Shown piece by piece: positions 12,238 to 23,231 of a stretch of 64,000 bases of DNA (position 1 is the stretch's first letter; every line of letters begins with the position of its first letter). A program made the translations under genes and the position numbers. The notes under the pieces are model-generated. The model was not told where the DNA came from. It did not search any database and saw only the letters and a program-made list of their open reading frames with translations. The stretch comes from an uncultured Planctomycetota bacterium (lineage in GTDB: Bacteria; Planctomycetota; Planctomycetia; Gemmatales; Gemmataceae). The stretch covers positions 256,001-320,000 of the forward strand of contig CAWKHF010000004.1 of assembly GCA_963849325.1 (NCBI GenBank), written 5' to 3'.

Positions 12238-12564
12238 TCAGAACCCTGTTTCCTGCTTGTGAACCAGCTTGCCGCCCCGGAAGGTGAGCCGAATCGTATT
12301 ATTGCCGCTCTCCCAGGTGTAAACGTCCCCGCCGCCGGACGTGGGAGTCGCGTCGAGTGCCACGCCGAACTGTCCGGCGACGTTGGAGCCGTCGCCCGTC
12401 TCCTTGCTTCCCTTGCCGAGGATCTTTTCCGTCTCCTCCAGGGTCATGCCTTCCTTCACCTTGTCGTAGTTCGCCTTGTTCACCTTGTTCTTGCAGGCCG
12501 GCACGAGCAGGCATACCAGCAGAATCAGCATGAAGCGGGCGCATTTCCGGGAGCCGGACGTCAT
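12238..12564 (-). CDS. Small lipoprotein (BLIP/DUF3862-like)
   Basis: Lipobox LVPAC, then NYDKVKEGMTLEETEKILG and YTWESG...LTFRGGKLVHK. Confidence 0.6.
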   Translation of the reverse strand: MTSGSRKCARFMLILLVCLLVPACKNKVNKANYDKVKEGMTLEETEKILGKGSKETGDGSNVAGQFGVALDATPTSGGGDVYTWESGNNTIRLTFRGGKLVHKQETGF

Positions 12565-12799
12565 TGTTCCATCCTCCACCAGGCAACGGCCACGTCCCGT
12601 CGAGCCCCCCGCTATGCGCGAGAGGACAACCCGGCGGGTGGGACCCATTCGCCGCGTCGATCGTAACCCGTCGCGAGCAGCACGGCAAGGGGGCACACGA
12701 TGGGTTGTGACGATTCGGAAGATCCGCTAGGTTGGATGGAGTGGAGAAGAATGCCGAGATCCTGTTTCGTATCGGAGCCGGCATTCACGCGGAGGGCGG

Positions 12800-13933
12800 A
12801 TGAACTGGATCGCGTGGCGCATGTTGGTGGGGCAGCGCACGAAGTACCTGGCGATGCTGTTCGGCATCACCTTCGCCTCGCTGCTCATCGCCCAGCAGTT
12901 GGCGATCTTCTGCGGCGTGCTGCGCATGGGCACCGGCCAGATCCGCGACATCGAGGAGGCGCCCATCTGGGTGCTGACGCCGCAGGTCCGCTACATCGAC
13001 GACCTGGAGCCGCTGTCCGACCGCCGCCTCGACCAGGTGCGCAGCGTCCCCGGCGTGGCCTGGGCGGTGCGGTTAGAGAAAGGCTTCAGCCGCGCCGAAC
13101 TCGACGACGGCCATTTTCAGCAAGTGATCCTCCTCGGTCTCGACGACGCCACGCTCGTCGGCGCTCCGCGTACCATGCTCGTCGGCAGCGTTACCGACTT
13201 GCAGAAGCCGGACGCGGTCATCCTCGACGAAGTTGGCCATCAACTGCTGTGGCCGGACCAGCCCTGGCAGATCGGCCGCGTGCTGACGATCAACCATCAC
13301 CGCGCCGTCATCGTCGGCATTTGCCGGGCGTCGCTGACGTTCCAGACGCTGCCGCTGGTGTACACGCGCGTCAGCCAGGCCGCCCACTACCTGCCGCCCG
13401 AGCGCAAGACCGTGTCGGCTATCCTCGTGCAGGGCCGGCCCTCGGCGCTGGTGCCGGAGTTGTGCCGGCGCATCCAGGCGCAGACGGGGCTGCTCGCCCT
13501 GACGCGCGAGGAGTTCGCCGGGCGGACGATCGAACACTACCTGCAGCGGACGGGCCTGCTGGCCAACTTCGGGACGACGGTGCTGCTGGGCTTCCTGGTC
13601 GGTATCGCCATCTCGGGACAAACGTTTTATACTTTTACTGTCGAGAACCTGCCGCAGTTCGCCATGCTCAAGGCGATGGGGGCGGCCAACGGCCGGCTGG
13701 TGGTGATGGTGCTGCAACAGTCGGCGATCGTGGGCGCCATCGGTTACGGCCTGGGCGTCGGCCTGGCCGCCGGGTTCGGCGAGCTGACACGCGGCCATTC
13801 CAAGTTGGTCTTCCACATGCCCTGGCAGGTGCTGGTCGGCACCGGGGCGGCCATCGTGCTGGTGACCATGCTCACGAGTCTGCTCAGCATCATCCGCGTC
13901 CTGCACGTGGAACCCGCCCGCGTCATGCGTTGA
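12800..13933 (+). CDS. ABC transporter permease (DevC/MacB-FtsX type)
   Basis: MNWIAWRML...YLAMLFGITFASLLIAQQ, periplasmic domain, ENLPQFAMLKAMGA, C-terminal TMs. Confidence 0.85.
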   Translation: MNWIAWRMLVGQRTKYLAMLFGITFASLLIAQQLAIFCGVLRMGTGQIRDIEEAPIWVLTPQVRYIDDLEPLSDRRLDQVRSVPGVAWAVRLEKGFSRAELDDGHFQQVILLGLDDATLVGAPRTMLVGSVTDLQKPDAVILDEVGHQLLWPDQPWQIGRVLTINHHRAVIVGICRASLTFQTLPLVYTRVSQAAHYLPPERKTVSAILVQGRPSALVPELCRRIQAQTGLLALTREEFAGRTIEHYLQRTGLLANFGTTVLLGFLVGIAISGQTFYTFTVENLPQFAMLKAMGAANGRLVVMVLQQSAIVGAIGYGLGVGLAAGFGELTRGHSKLVFHMPWQVLVGTGAAIVLVTMLTSLLSIIRVLHVEPARVMR

Positions 13934-13948
13934 TCGATACATGGAATT

Positions 13949-14036
13949 AACCACAGATGAACACGGATAAGATAAAAAAGAGTTCAATTAATTAATTTTT
14001 GCTTTTATCCGTGTTCATCTGTGTTCATCTGTGGTT
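13949..14036. repeat. AT-rich palindromic repeat with tandem-unit arms (AACCACAGATGAACACGGATAA ... TTATCCGTGTTCATCTGTGTTCATCTGTGGTT)
   Basis: Inverted arms read directly from the sequence; similar elements at 22301 and 34092. Confidence 0.8.
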
Positions 14037-14074
14037 CATTGGTTTTTTCGGCTCCCCACCGCAACGGAGCGGCG

Positions 14075-14902
14075 ATGATTGTTTGTCCCTCCATCTCGAA
14101 GCGTTCGATCCGCCATCACTACGACCTGGCCACGCCGTTCTATCGGTTGCTGTGGGGGCGTCACATTCATCATGGGTTGTGGGAGGGCGAGGAGTCGCCG
14201 GAGGCGGCGCAACAGCGCCTGATCGACTACCTCGCCGCTGCCGCCGGACTGGGCGCGGGACAAGCCGTCCTCGACGTCGGCTGCGGCATGGGCGGCAGCT
14301 CCATTGACCTGGCCCGCCGTTATCACTGCACTACCACCGGCCTGACGCTCAGTCCCGTGCAGCGCATCTGGGCGGCGCTGTCGGCGCGGCGGCAGGGCGT
14401 CAGCGGTCGAACGCGCTTCGTCTGTGCCGACGCCGAGACGATCCACTTTCCGGCGTCGTCGTTCGACGTGGTGTGGAACGTCGAGTGCAGCGAGCACCTT
14501 TTCGACAAGCCCGCTTTCTTCCACCGCGCCGCCGGCTGGCTGCGTCCAGGCGGCCGGGTCGCCCTGTGCGCCTGGCTGGCCGGCGATGCCCACGACGCCG
14601 AGCGCGAGGCGATGCGCGTCTGCGAGGGCTTTCTCTGCCCGTCGCTGGGCACCGCCGACGATTACCGCGGCTGGCTCACGGCGGCGGGCCTGAACGTGTC
14701 CACCTTCGCCGATCTGACGGCGCGGGTCTGGCAGACCTGGGACGTCTGCATCCGCCGCGTCCGCGCCAGCGGCGTCGGCTTGCTGTCGCGCCTGGCGGGA
14801 CGAAAGATGCGCACCTTCGTCGAGCACTTCGCCACCCTGGGCAAGGCGTATCGCAGCGGCGCGATGCGCTACGGCTTGTTCATCGCGGAGAAACCATCGT
14901 GA
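14075..14902 (+). CDS. Class I SAM-dependent methyltransferase (tocopherol/sterol C-methyltransferase-like)
   Basis: IRHHYD...WGRHIHHGLW, VLDVGCGMGG, FDVVWNVECSEH, LRPGGR. Confidence 0.85.
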   Translation: MIVCPSISKRSIRHHYDLATPFYRLLWGRHIHHGLWEGEESPEAAQQRLIDYLAAAAGLGAGQAVLDVGCGMGGSSIDLARRYHCTTTGLTLSPVQRIWAALSARRQGVSGRTRFVCADAETIHFPASSFDVVWNVECSEHLFDKPAFFHRAAGWLRPGGRVALCAWLAGDAHDAEREAMRVCEGFLCPSLGTADDYRGWLTAAGLNVSTFADLTARVWQTWDVCIRRVRASGVGLLSRLAGRKMRTFVEHFATLGKAYRSGAMRYGLFIAEKPS

Positions 14903-15657
14903 TGGTCCGTCTGTTCGGCATCGGCGCCGGCGTGGGCGCACACGTCCTCCTGGTCGTGACGGTCTGGTTCCTGTTCCCGTTCCTGCTGGATGGACGAGGG
15001 CTGGCCGAGTCGGCCACCGCGCCGTGGTGGTGCGCGGCCGACGTGCTGCTGGCCTTGCAGTTCGGCGTCTCGCACAGCCTGCTCCTGCTGCCGGGGGTCC
15101 GCAAGCGCCTGGAGCGCGGCATCCCTCGACCGCTGTACGGCTGCCTGTTCACTGCAACCACCTGTCTGAGTCTGTTGCTGCTAATTCTGGCCTGGCGGCC
15201 GAGCGGCGTACTCGTCTATCGGCTGGAGGGCTGGGCGGACGGCGCGATGCGTGGGGCTTATCTGCTGAGCTGGGCCGCCCTGGTGTACACGCTCGGGCTG
15301 ACCGGATACGGCTGGCAGACGGGTTGGACGCCGTTTTGGGCGTGGCTGCGCGGCCGGCCGGCGCCGCCGCGGCGCTTCGCCATCCACGGGGCCTATCGCC
15401 TCCTGCGCCACCCCGTTTACCTGGCGTTCCTGGCCCAGGTGTGGTTGACGCCAGTGATGACGCTTGATCGCTTGCTGCTCACCGCCGTCTTCACCGGCTA
15501 CATCCTGCTGGGCAGCTACTTGAAGGACCGTCGTTTGCTTTTTTATCTGGGCGATACCTACCGCGAGTATCAGGCGCGGGTGCCGGGCTATCCGTTAGCC
15601 CTGGGGCCGCTGGGCCGCGTTCCCGCCAGCGAACTCCTTTCCGAGCCTGAAGCGTAA
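14902..15657 (+). CDS. Membrane methyltransferase-like protein (ICMT/NnrU/MddA-nurim-like)
   Basis: Multi-TM, QFGVSHS, GAYRLLRHPVYLAF, YREYQARVP. Confidence 0.7.
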   Translation: MVRLFGIGAGVGAHVLLVVTVWFLFPFLLDGRGLAESATAPWWCAADVLLALQFGVSHSLLLLPGVRKRLERGIPRPLYGCLFTATTCLSLLLLILAWRPSGVLVYRLEGWADGAMRGAYLLSWAALVYTLGLTGYGWQTGWTPFWAWLRGRPAPPRRFAIHGAYRLLRHPVYLAFLAQVWLTPVMTLDRLLLTAVFTGYILLGSYLKDRRLLFYLGDTYREYQARVPGYPLALGPLGRVPASELLSEPEA

Positions 15658-15696
15658 GCGAAGGGCATCTCTTCGCTTACGCTTCAGGCTCGGAAA
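15638..15696. repeat. REP-like palindrome, family B (CCGAGCCTGAAGCGTAAGCGAAG)
   Basis: Near-perfect inverted repeat that contains the upstream gene's stop codon; second copy at 27830-27886. Confidence 0.85.
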
Positions 15697-15708
15697 GATG
15701 GTCCTGAA

Positions 15709-18700
15709 CTACGCGGGCATCTCGTAAGGGCGACCCGCCTCGTACAATCCCAGGCGCGAACGATACTCTGCCTTCTCTTGCTCCGGCGCCAGTTCCACGG
15801 CGCGTCGCTGGCACTCGACCGCCTCGGCGAAGCGGCCGGCGGCGGCATAAGCTACCGCCAACGTGTCAAGATGGCCGGCGATCTGCCATTCCGTCATCTC
15901 GCAGGCCCGGCGAGCATACTCAATGGCCCGATCCGGATCGCGCTGCTCCGGGCGCGGATTCGTCGCCCACAACCAGGCGAGGTTGTTGCACGTCCGTGCG
16001 TCGTCCGGCCGCAGCCGCAGCGCCTCCAGGTTGTCGGCGATGGCCTCCTCGTAGCGGCCCAGCAGCGCGTAAATCCGGCCGCGATTGTGGTAGATGGTGA
16101 CATCGTTCGGCTCCAGACGCAGCGCCTCGGTGTAGTCGGCCAGCGGCGCCTTCGTAGTCGCCGCGGTCGGCGCGGGCGTTGGCGCGGTTGTACCAGAGCA
16201 TGCCGACGCCGGGCGAGGCGGCGATGGCGGCGGTGAAGTCGGCCACGGCCTGCCTCGAGGTCGCCCTGACGGCGGTGGGCGTTGGCGCGGTTGTTCAGCG
16301 CGCCGGCGTGGTCCGGCTGTAAGCGAAGCGTCTCCGTGAAATCGGCGATCGCCTGATCCAGGTCGCCGCGCTCTGCATGGGCGTTGCCGCGGTTGTAGTA
16401 CGCCGGCGCGTACTCCGGTTCCAGGCGGATCGACTCGGTGAAATCGGCGATGGCCCGATCGAGCTGGCCGAGCTGGCCGTAGACGTTGCCGCGGTTGTGG
16501 TAGGAACGGGAATAGTCGGGATCGATCTTGATGGCCTGCGTGTAGTCGGCCAGGGCCTGGTCGAGGTCGCCGCGCTCGGCGTAGACGTTGCCGCGGCTGT
16601 TGCGGACCCGGGCGTTGGCGGGATCCAGGCGTAGGGCTTCGGTGTAATCGGCCAACGCGCGATCGTGATCGCGCAGGCGGGCATAGGTGTTGGCGCGATT
16701 GCACAGCGCCACGCTATCCGCCGGATCGAGTTTCAGCGCCTCGGTGTAGTCGGCGAGGGCGCGTTCGTGATCGCCGAGGCTGCAATAGGCGTTGCCGCGA
16801 TTGGTGTACGAGGCGGCGTCGTCCGGGGCCGCGCTGCAGGGCGGCGGTGTAATCGGCGATGGCGGCGTCCCAGGCGCCGCGCCCGGCGTGGACGTTGCCG
16901 CGACCGAAGGCGGCGGCGGCGTGATCGGGTTGCAACTCCAGGGCACGACTGTAGTCGGCCACGGCCTCGTCGTCTTTGCGAAAGTGGGCGTGGACGTTGC
17001 CGCGATTGTACCAGCCGGCGGCGGACTCCGGCTGAAGGCGGATCGCTTCGGCCAGGTCGGCCAGCGCCTGCTCCCTGTTGCCGCTCTCGGCGTGGGCGTT
17101 TCCGCGCAGCAGATAGGGGCCGGCTTCCTCGGGCGTCAGGGCGATCGACTCGGTGAAATCGGCGAGGGCCGATTCCAGGTCACGCACGGCGAGGTGCTCC
17201 AGGCCGCGGTCGTTGTACAGGGCGGCACTCGGTTCCAGGGCCAGCGCCGCGCTGTAGTCGGCCAGGGCGTCGTCGTGCCGGCCCAGGGCGGCGCAGGCCG
17301 CGGCGCGATCGCACCGCGCCCGCACATTGTTCGGATCGAGCTGCAGCACGCGCGTGAAGTCGGCGATGGCACGCGGATAATCGCCGAGCAGAACATGAGT
17401 CTTGCCGCGATTGCCGAACGCCCACAAGTTGCGCGGATCGAGACGAATCGTCTCGGTATAGTCGGCGACGGCGCGGCCGTGCTCGGCCTTGCAGAAGTGA
17501 GCGTTGCCACGGTTGAACAGCAGGGTGGCGTCGCGCGGGCCAGGCGCAGGGCGTCGTTGTAGTCGGCGATGGCCCGGTCGTAGTCGTTCTTCTGGGCGTA
17601 GGTCAGACCGCGGTTGGCGTGGGCCTCAAGGTGGCGCAGGCTCCAGGCGCAGCGACTCGGTGTAATCGGCGATGGCGGCATCGAGACTGCGATTGCGGGC
17701 GTGGATCAGGCCGCGACGCCGGTACAGCGAGGCATCGTCCGGTTGCAGACGGATGGCTCGCGTCAAGTCGGCGATGGCCTTGTCCAGCTCGCCCTGGCGG
17801 GCGTAGGCGTTGCCGCGGTTGACGAGGACCGTCACCTGGTCGGGATCGATCTCCAAAGCGGCGCTGTGCTCGGCGATGGTGATGTCGTGCAAATCGTGCT
17901 CGATGCGGCGGACGCGCTCGCCGGCGTCGGGCAGCTGCGACAGGCGGTCCAGGACGAGGCCGAAGTGCTCCGGCCGGCCGGCAATCGTCCAGGCGGTGCA
18001 GTCGGTCAGCAGCTGCCGCCAGGCTTCGGGCAACAGCAGCAGGTCGCCGCCGTCCGGCTCGGGCCGGCCGGTCAGGGCGAAGGCGCAGCAGTTTGCCGAA
18101 GCTGTAGATGTCGGAGTGCGGCCCGACCCACACCTGCCCCTTAGGCCGGCCGATCACCTCAACTGGGGTATAGGCAATGGTACGGGCGACGCTGCGGCCC
18201 AGCGCCGTCTGCGACCGCGCGGACGGATTGCTGGCGCAGGCGTGGATCAAGGCGCGTTTGAGAGACAAGCCGGTGTCCAGCAGTTTGACTCGCCAGCGCG
18301 TCGCTCCCTCGGCGTCCGGAAGGCGGCGGAGGAGTACGGCGGCCGGCCGCAGACTACGATGCAGGATGCCCCGGCCGTGTACCGCTTGCAGCGCTCGCGC
18401 CAGCGGCCAGCACAGCTCCAACCAGTCCTCCGGCGCCAACGGCCCCTTCTCGGCGACGTACTCGGCCAGGGACCGCCCCTCGACGTATTCCTGCACCAGG
18501 TACGGCCGGCCCTCTTCGCCGCCGCCGTAAGCGCAATCATGGAGGCGCACCAGCGCGGGATGATCAACGTCCTGCACGACTTGCATTTCCCGGAACAGCG
18601 TGGCCGTATCGCGGTCCAAACTGTCGCCGCGCAGCGTCTTGACGACAACCTGGCGACCGTGCGCTCGTTCACGGCACAAAAACGAGGTGCCGAAGCCGCC

Positions 18701-19177
18701 GGCGCCGAGGATACGCTCCGGTTCGTAGCGCGCGAACGGAAACGGCTCGAAGGCGTCGCTATCGAGGGCGACGGCGCGGCGCAGGGCGGCCAGCGCCTCC
18801 GCCCCGTCGCGTCGCTCCAGGGCGGCGCGGTAGACGTTGTGATGGGCCTCGGCCTGCGACAAAGGATCGGCGACCAGGCGGGCCACTTCCTGAAAATCGT
18901 GCTGGCTGGACTCCAGATCGCCGACGACGACTTCGAGCTGGGCCAGGCTGTTGAGCAAGGCCGGCAGGCGGCGCTGCTGCTCGACGGGCAGATCGCGGAA
19001 GCGCTTGACGAGATCCTGTACCGCGTCGCGCTCGCTGTCGCGGCGCAGTGACAGGCCGTCGCGCGGCCGCACGGCGCAGGGGTGCAGATCGTGCCGCCGT
19101 TTCAACTGCGAGACGGCCTCGTACAGGTCCGGGCACGATTGGCCGTTATCGTGCTGTTCCGCTTGCAGGTCGAGCAT
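15709..19177 (-). CDS. Ser/Thr kinase-like domain plus a long TPR array, multiply frameshifted; probable pseudokinase
   Basis: LGAGGFG, VVVKTL, HRSLRPAAV, LLDTGL, SDIYSFG, then many YxNRG..A.ADY/F TPRs across several ORFs. Confidence 0.85.
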
Positions 19178-19263
19178 GATCGTCTGACTCTCCGCGAACG
19201 GTCGGGATTCGTCACGCTCCTTATTTTAGGGACAATCCGCCCATCCGCAGCGCTGGGGGTATC

Positions 19264-19326
19264 TCGTTTCGCCGCGACGCGCAGCGGAACGCGCAGCGCG
19301 CTCCGCTGCGCGTCGCGGCGAAACGA
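19264..19326. repeat. REP-like palindrome, family A (GCCGCGACGCGCAGCGGA)
   Basis: Inverted repeat; other copies at 30056, 43567 and 54753. Confidence 0.85.
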
Positions 19327-19348
19327 AACACCTCGCCGGCAAGGGGTA

Positions 19349-21059
19349 TCAGGCGCGCGTCGCTGGTGCATCGAGCACCTGGCGCACCTTGAGGGCGAGA
19401 TCGTTGGGCGTGAAGGGTTTTTGCAGGAACGCCACCTCCGCCTCCAGTACGCCGTGACGGACCACCGCGTCATCGGTGTAGCCCGACAGGTACAGCAGAC
19501 GCAGGTCCGGCCGCAGTCGCGTCAGGCGGTCGGCCAACTCGCGGCCGCCCAGGTGCGGCATGACCACGTCCGTGACCAGCAAGTGGATCGGTGCGTCGTA
19601 GTGGTCGGCGCGGCGTAGCGCTTCCTGGCCATCGCCGGCCTCGATCACGTGATAGCCCTTCATCTCCAGGACGTGACGGGTCAGGGTGCGCACCGCCTCC
19701 TCGTCCTCGACCAGCAGGACCGTCTCGCCGCCGCCCGGCGCCGCGGCCGGCGCCGGCCGCGACAGACGCGGCGGAGTCACCGTCTCGGCGCGCGGCAGGT
19801 AAATCTTGAACGAGGTGCCGCGTCCCGGCTCGCTGTAGACGTAGATGAAACCCTGCGATTGCTTGACGATGCCGTAGACGGTCGCCAGCCCCAGGCCGGT
19901 CCCTTTGCCCACCTCCTTGGTCGTGAAGAACGGCTCGAAGATGCGCTCGCGTGGCCTCGTCCATGCCGCAGCCGGTGTCGGTCAGGGCCAGCAGGACGTA
20001 ACGGCCCGGCCGGACCTCGGGGCGCAGCCGTGCGTACGTCTCATCGAGAGTGACGTTGGCCGTCTCAACGGTCAGCCGGCCGCCGCGCGGCATGGCGTCG
20101 CGCGCGTTGACGGCCAGGTTCATCAGCACCTGTTCGACCTGGCCGGGATCGGCGCGGACGCGCCCCAGGTTCGTTCCCAGGACGGTGGCAATCGTGATGT
20201 CTTCGCCCAGGAGACGACGCAGCATCTTCTCGACGCCGACGACGACGGCGTTGAGGTCGAGGATCTCGGGCGCCAGCACTTGTTGGCGGCTGAAGGCCAG
20301 GAGCTGGCGCGTCAACGCCGCCGCTCGCTGCCCGGCCTGGCGCACCTCTTCCAGCAGAGATCTCATGCGGTCCTCGGGCGGGAGGGCGGCCAGCAGCGCG
20401 TCACTGTAGCCAAGGATGACCGTCAGCAGATTGTTGAAATCGTGGGCCACGCCGCCGGCGAGTCGGCCGACCGCCTCCATCTTCTGGGCCTGCAAAAACT
20501 GCGCTTCCAGCCGACGACGCGAGCTGACGTCATGGAAGACCAGCACGGCGCCGCGCAGACTGCCGCGGTCGTCGCGGATGGGGGCGGCCGTGTCCTCGAT
20601 GGGACGCTCCGTGCCGTCGCGGGCGATCAGGGCCGTGTGGTTGGCCAGGCTCACGACGACGCCCTCGCGCAAGGTCCGGAACACCGGGTTCTCGACAGGC
20701 TGCCGCGTCCTTTCGTGGACGATGGGAAACACTTCCGGCAACGGCCGGCCGAGCGCCTCATGATCGAACCCCGTCAGCGTCCGGGCGACATCGTTGAGGA
20801 AGGTGACGCGCCCCTCGCGGTCGGTGACGATGACGCCGTCGCCGATGCTGGCCAGCGTGACGCGGAAGCGCTCGCGCTCGGCCCAGAAGGCATCGGCGGC
20901 GCGCTGTCGCTGCCGCAGGTCGCGGCGGACGAGCCAGAAGATCACGCCGAGCAAGGCCGCCGCGCCCGCCAACCGGCTGGCGGCGTCGTACACGACCACG
21001 ACGCCGACCAGGAGCACGGCCAGGGCGAGGGCGAAACCAACCAGGGTGCGATTGCTCAT
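19349..21059 (-). CDS. Hybrid PAS sensor histidine kinase-response regulator (CckA-like), frameshifted near 19945
   Basis: Two TMs, PAS ([13 protein letters not shown]), H-box [29 protein letters not shown], receiver LLVTDVVMP. Confidence 0.9.
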
Positions 21060-21265
21060 GATCTCCTATTCGGCCCAAGGCCGCGACTCACGGGGCATTC
21101 CATACCCTCGCCCTTTCGTCTTACCCTCACACGGTTCCCGAGCGCGGAGACGGAGTATCTGACTCGACACCACTCCTTCCATCGCCATCGGCGGGCGGAA
21201 GGAGACAAGAATATGAATTTTTGTTGAGCGGCCCACTGACCGCCACCGTCGGAGCGGCCGTTGAT

Positions 21266-21293
21266 TTGACAACCTCCGAGGGCAATCTATATT
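21266..21293 (+). promoter_or_regulatory. Sigma70-type promoter TTGACA-N16-TATATT
   Basis: Perfect -35 and 5/6 -10, upstream of a structured leader and the MBL gene. Confidence 0.55.
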
Positions 21294-21373
21294 TGCAGAG
21301 TCCGGAGGGGTGGAACAACCCTTGCGGACGTTACCTTCGGAACGTACGCCTTTGGGGAGAGGCGTTGTTCATG

Positions 21374-21428
21374 GGCGAAGGAGGGTAGCTCGGAGCTACA
21401 GGGGATCCTCCTTCGCCTTCTTTCTCCC
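21374..21428 (+). terminator. Terminator-like hairpin in the leader of the MBL gene
   Basis: GGCGAAGGAGG...CCTCCTTCGCC followed by TTCTTTCT. Confidence 0.5.
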
Positions 21429-21524
21429 TTCTCTCGCAACAGCTTCCCGCCGACTTGCCCCGCCCCGCGCGGAACCGCTATCATCACTTCGGTGGTTTCT
21501 CCGGCCCCCTCGGGAGTCCCTCAC

Positions 21525-22307
21525 GTGGCACGCATTCTCCCTGCTCTGGCTGTCCTGCTGCTCGGCGCCGCCGAAGTGTCCGCCCAGGACAAAAAGGTCG
21601 TCCTCCGCTGGCACGGCCAATCGTTCTTCGAGATCATCTCGACCAAGGGCACTCACGTTGTCACCGACCCGCACGCCATCGAGGCGTATGGCCGGCCAAT
21701 GGTCAAGGCCGACCTCATCCTCATGTCGCACTTTCACGACGATCACACGCGCCTCGACGCCATCACCGACGTCAAGAAGGCCAAGCAGATCCAGGCCCTC
21801 AAGAAGGCTTCCGGCGAACGCGGCGACGACTGGAACGTGATGGACGAGAAGTTCAAGGACATCCACATCCAGACGATGGGCACCTATCACGACGACATGG
21901 CGGGCACGCAACGCGGCAAGAACGGCGTGTTCATCCTCGACGTGGATGGTCTGCGCATCGTCCACCTCGGCGACCTGGGCCACCTACTCAATCGCGCTCA
22001 GCTCAAGAAGCTCGGCAAGGTGGACGTGCTGATGATCCCGGTCGGCGGCGTGTACACGCTCAACGGTCTGGATGCGCAGAAGGTCGTGGCCCAGATCAAG
22101 CCGACGCGCTACATCCTGCCCATGCACTACGGCACCGCCGTGTACAACGATTTGCTGGGACTGGAGTATTTCCTCGACGAGCAAAAGATGGGAACGGTCC
22201 TCCGGTCGCTGCGCACCAACGAACTGGACATCGACCCCAAAGCCGAACCACCGAAGGAGCCGATCATCGCCATCCTGGGCTGGGAGAAGAAAGGCAAAAA
22301 AGAGTAA
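21525..22307 (+). CDS. Exported metallo-beta-lactamase-fold hydrolase (UPF0173-like)
   Basis: Signal peptide, WHGQSFF, SHFHDDH, HLGDLG, PVGG, PMHY. Confidence 0.85.
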   Translation: MARILPALAVLLLGAAEVSAQDKKVVLRWHGQSFFEIISTKGTHVVTDPHAIEAYGRPMVKADLILMSHFHDDHTRLDAITDVKKAKQIQALKKASGERGDDWNVMDEKFKDIHIQTMGTYHDDMAGTQRGKNGVFILDVDGLRIVHLGDLGHLLNRAQLKKLGKVDVLMIPVGGVYTLNGLDAQKVVAQIKPTRYILPMHYGTAVYNDLLGLEYFLDEQKMGTVLRSLRTNELDIDPKAEPPKEPIIAILGWEKKGKKE

Positions 22308-22553
22308 AACCACGAATCACACGAATAACACGAATAAAAGACAAAAGACATCAATCATTAATAAATAAGGGTGCCGGCGAGCATACCGGCTCCCTTATTT
22401 GTCTTCTCTTTTATTCGTGTTATTCGTGTGATTCGTGGGGCTTGCTCCTTTATTCCTGAAACTGGCAAGATAGCAAAATTGGGAAGCTGCCTGGCTTCAC
22501 CACATTGCCATTTCGGGGAATAAAGGAGCAAAGCCGATTCGTGGTTTTACTCT
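22301..22553. repeat. AT-rich palindromic repeat with 9-bp periodic arms (CACGAATCA/CACGAATAA), interrupted by a MITE
   Basis: 22301-22318 AGAGTAAAACCACGAATC is the exact reverse complement of 22536-22553. Confidence 0.8.
22439..22535. mobile_element. 97-bp MITE with ~30-bp terminal inverted repeats and a 9-bp target duplication
   Basis: TIRs GGCTT(T)GCTCCTTTATTCC..GAAA.TGGCAA; flanking direct repeat GATTCGTGG at 22430-22438 and 22536-22544. Confidence 0.75.
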
Positions 22554-22555
22554 CT

Positions 22556-23231
22556 TCACCGACGCAAGTTGCCGCGGATGACCTCGGTGGCGAAGCTGGC
22601 GCTGTGGCGCACTTCGGGGTTGTCGTCGGCCTGGGCGGCATATTGCAAGGCGCTCAGCGCCGAGGGCGAGGCGATCAGGCCCAGTCCGCGAGCGGCGGCC
22701 TCGCGCACTTTCGGGCTGCCGTCGCTGTTGAGGGCCTTCACCATCGGGCCGACCGCGCGGATCCTGCAGCCGGCCCAGCCGTATGAGCGCGTCGGCGCGA
22801 GCCGGTTCGTCGCCCGTCTGCACCTGCTGCAAGGCCGCGTCGAACTCACCCGGGCGATTGGTCGCCATCGCCGGCATGACGTCGGGCGTCGGCGTCGAGG
22901 CGGCGACGGTCGGGGCGGGCATCGGCAAGGGAGCGGGCGTCTGCGCCGGCGGCGCATACGCCGGCTGGACGACGACGGGCTGCTGCTGGACGACGACGGG
23001 CTGTTGGACGACGGCCGGCGCCGCTCCCACGATCAGCGGCGGCGGTGCCACGTAGATCCCGCCATAGGGACGATACCAGCCGCCATAGCCGTAGCCGTAA
23101 TACGGTCGATAGTAGGGACGATAGTAGGGTCCGGGAACGCCGACGCCCACGAAGACGCCGGCCTGGCCGACGCTCCACGGACAGCACGCCACGACCAGGG
23201 CGGCGAACCCCAAGCGACGCAACACCGACAT
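22556..23231 (-). CDS. Secreted Pro/Tyr/Gly-rich protein with C-terminal HEAT (PBS-lyase-like) repeats, frameshifted near 22755
   Basis: Signal peptide, YYRPYYRPYYGYGY, RADALIRLG, VREAAARGLG, VRHSASFA. Confidence 0.7.
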
